64,000 nt of DNA from an uncultured Gemmatimonadaceae bacterium (lineage in GTDB: Bacteria; Gemmatimonadota; Gemmatimonadetes; Gemmatimonadales; Gemmatimonadaceae). The position numbers and the translations under genes were made by a program. The stretch spans positions 96,001 to 160,000 of the forward strand of contig CAWJMB010000001.1 in assembly GCA_963843845.1 (NCBI GenBank), in the 5' to 3' direction. Positions 62,429 through 64,000 of the stretch are shown here, one piece after another. The notes below the pieces were generated by a model. That model searched no databases, was not told where the DNA came from, and saw only the letters and a program-made list of their open reading frames with translations. The first letter of the stretch is position 1, and every line of letters begins with the position of its first letter.

Positions 62429-63982
62429 ATGCCAGTCTCTCCGCGCTCTCGCCGCGCCGCGGCGCTCGCCGCCGGTGCCGCCGCCGTCGTCACGGTCGCC
62501 GCCGCGCTCCCCGCCGAGGTGCCTGGCGACCTGCTCGCCCAGGTGATGACGCTCGTGCGCGACAGGTACGCGGCGTCGGACATCCCCGACGTCTACGAGC
62601 GCGCCGCCAAGGGGCTCGTGCGCGAGCTCGGTGATCCGTACAGCCAGCTGCTCTCGCCGAAGGATCTGGAAGACTTCTCGCGCGCGACGCTCGGCCGCTA
62701 CGCCGGTGTGGGGATGGAGGTCGTTCCGGTCGGCGACAGCGTCTTCGTCGGCGAGGTCTTTCCCGGCGGGGCGAGCGCCGGGGCGGGGCTGCATCGCGGT
62801 GACCGTCTGCTGCGCATCGACGGCTGGTCGGTCGACCGGCATCCGAGCGACAGCGTCGTCGCGCGCCTGCGCGGGCTGCCGAACACGACGGTCGTCGTCG
62901 ACTTCACGCGGCGGATCGGCGGCGACGCGCAGGCGACGCTGCGGCGTGGGGTCGTGCGGGTCCCGGCGGTGTCGTATGTCCTCATGCAGCGCGGGATCGG
63001 GTACATCTACCTGCCCGGCGTGTCGGCGACGGCGGGGCCGGACATGCAGGCGGCGCTCGCTCGGGTCACGACGACTGCCGGCGCCAGGGGGATCGTGATC
63101 GACCTGCGCGGCAACGGCGGCGGCGCGGTCGACCAGGCGGTCACGGCGGTCAGCGCGCTGCTCCCCGCGAATCAACCGGTGCTCGACATCCGGGAGCGCA
63201 CCGGGAGCGTCGTGCTCCGCACCGAGGACGCGCCGTCGCGCACGCCGCTGCCGGTCGTCGTGCTGCAGGATGGCGGGACGGCGTCGGCCGCGGAGATCAT
63301 CGGCGGCGCGCTGCAGGACCACGACCGCGCGCTGATCGTCGGACTCCCATCGTTCGGCAAGGGGCTCGCGCAGTCGCTCTTCCCGCTCGACGGCGGGTGG
63401 GCGTTGAAGCTGACGACCGCCAAGTGGTTCACGCCGAGCGGCCGATCGATTCACCGCGACCGCACGGCGGGGGATTCGGCGCGGCACGAGGCGGTCGCGT
63501 CGGGGACGGCGCCGCGCCGCTTCCAGAGCGTGGGCGGGCGGCCGCTGGCCGGCGACGGCGGGATCACCCCGGACGTCATCGTGCGCTACGACACGCTCGG
63601 CGGCGCGGACCGCACGATGGCGCTGCAGCTGGGCCGCGACGGTGCAGGGGTGAACCGGGCGCTGCAGCGGGTCGCGCAGCGGCTGTCGCTGACGATCGAC
63701 ACGACGTTCGTGGTGACCGACGCGTGGCGTGAGGCGCTGCGCCAGGCGCTGCTCCGCGAGCGGGTCCGCGTCGACTCGACCGCGTGGGCGGCGGCGGCGC
63801 CGTGGGTCACGCAACTGCTCGAGCAGCGGGTGGCGACATTCGCGTTCGGGCCGGGGGAGGCACGTCGGCGGGCGCTGGCGCACGACCGACAGTACCTCGT
63901 CGCGGACTCGCTGCTGCGGTCGGCGACGTCGGCGCGGGATCTCGTCTTCCGCGCGGCGAGCGCGAAGCCGGCGGGGAGCTGA
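62429..63982 (+). CDS. S41 carboxyl-terminal processing protease (PDZ + S41)
   Basis: GDPYS, GVG, PDZ AGL..GD, IDLRGNGGG, TASAAEI..GALQDHDRA, SFGKG..Q, TPSGRSI. Confidence 0.93.
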   Translation: MPVSPRSRRAAALAAGAAAVVTVAAALPAEVPGDLLAQVMTLVRDRYAASDIPDVYERAAKGLVRELGDPYSQLLSPKDLEDFSRATLGRYAGVGMEVVPVGDSVFVGEVFPGGASAGAGLHRGDRLLRIDGWSVDRHPSDSVVARLRGLPNTTVVVDFTRRIGGDAQATLRRGVVRVPAVSYVLMQRGIGYIYLPGVSATAGPDMQAALARVTTTAGARGIVIDLRGNGGGAVDQAVTAVSALLPANQPVLDIRERTGSVVLRTEDAPSRTPLPVVVLQDGGTASAAEIIGGALQDHDRALIVGLPSFGKGLAQSLFPLDGGWALKLTTAKWFTPSGRSIHRDRTAGDSARHEAVASGTAPRRFQSVGGRPLAGDGGITPDVIVRYDTLGGADRTMALQLGRDGAGVNRALQRVAQRLSLTIDTTFVVTDAWREALRQALLRERVRVDSTAWAAAAPWVTQLLEQRVATFAFGPGEARRRALAHDRQYLVADSLLRSATSARDLVFRAASAKPAGS

Positions 63983-64000
63983 CCGCCCCGCCGCCTCACC

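Overview
Very GC-rich bacterial DNA. The gene mix (SusC/SusD, PEP-CTERM, PadR-ADOP permease, many secreted peptidases) suggests Gemmatimonadota; this is an inference and no search was run. The left end looks like a plasmid/chromid origin. It has a RepA-type initiator (1552-3369) with a possible DnaA-N-like C-terminal domain, a divergent winged-HTH gene missing from the ORF track (<1-876), and 17-bp iteron-like repeats in both orientations between them. The middle is mostly exported peptide/amide/nitrogen-scavenging genes: cyanophycinase, asparaginase, M28, CocE, S9-like, D-aminoacylase, S45, M14, NSAR+GNAT, SusCD, SSS, MFS and glnK-amtB. It also holds several signalling modules and at least four decayed gene stumps. 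The best candidate for an undescribed system is at 57-61.4 kb, where an AraC-type regulator is divergent from a 75-aa lipidated Cys-containing peptide gene that converges on an all-TPR protein (RRNPP/Rap-Phr-like layout), back-to-back with an orphan phage-P4 beta-family gene. Many conserved genes carry frameshifts that look like long-read indel errors. No rRNA, tRNA, CRISPR array or transposase was seen. All family calls come from recognising motifs by eye.
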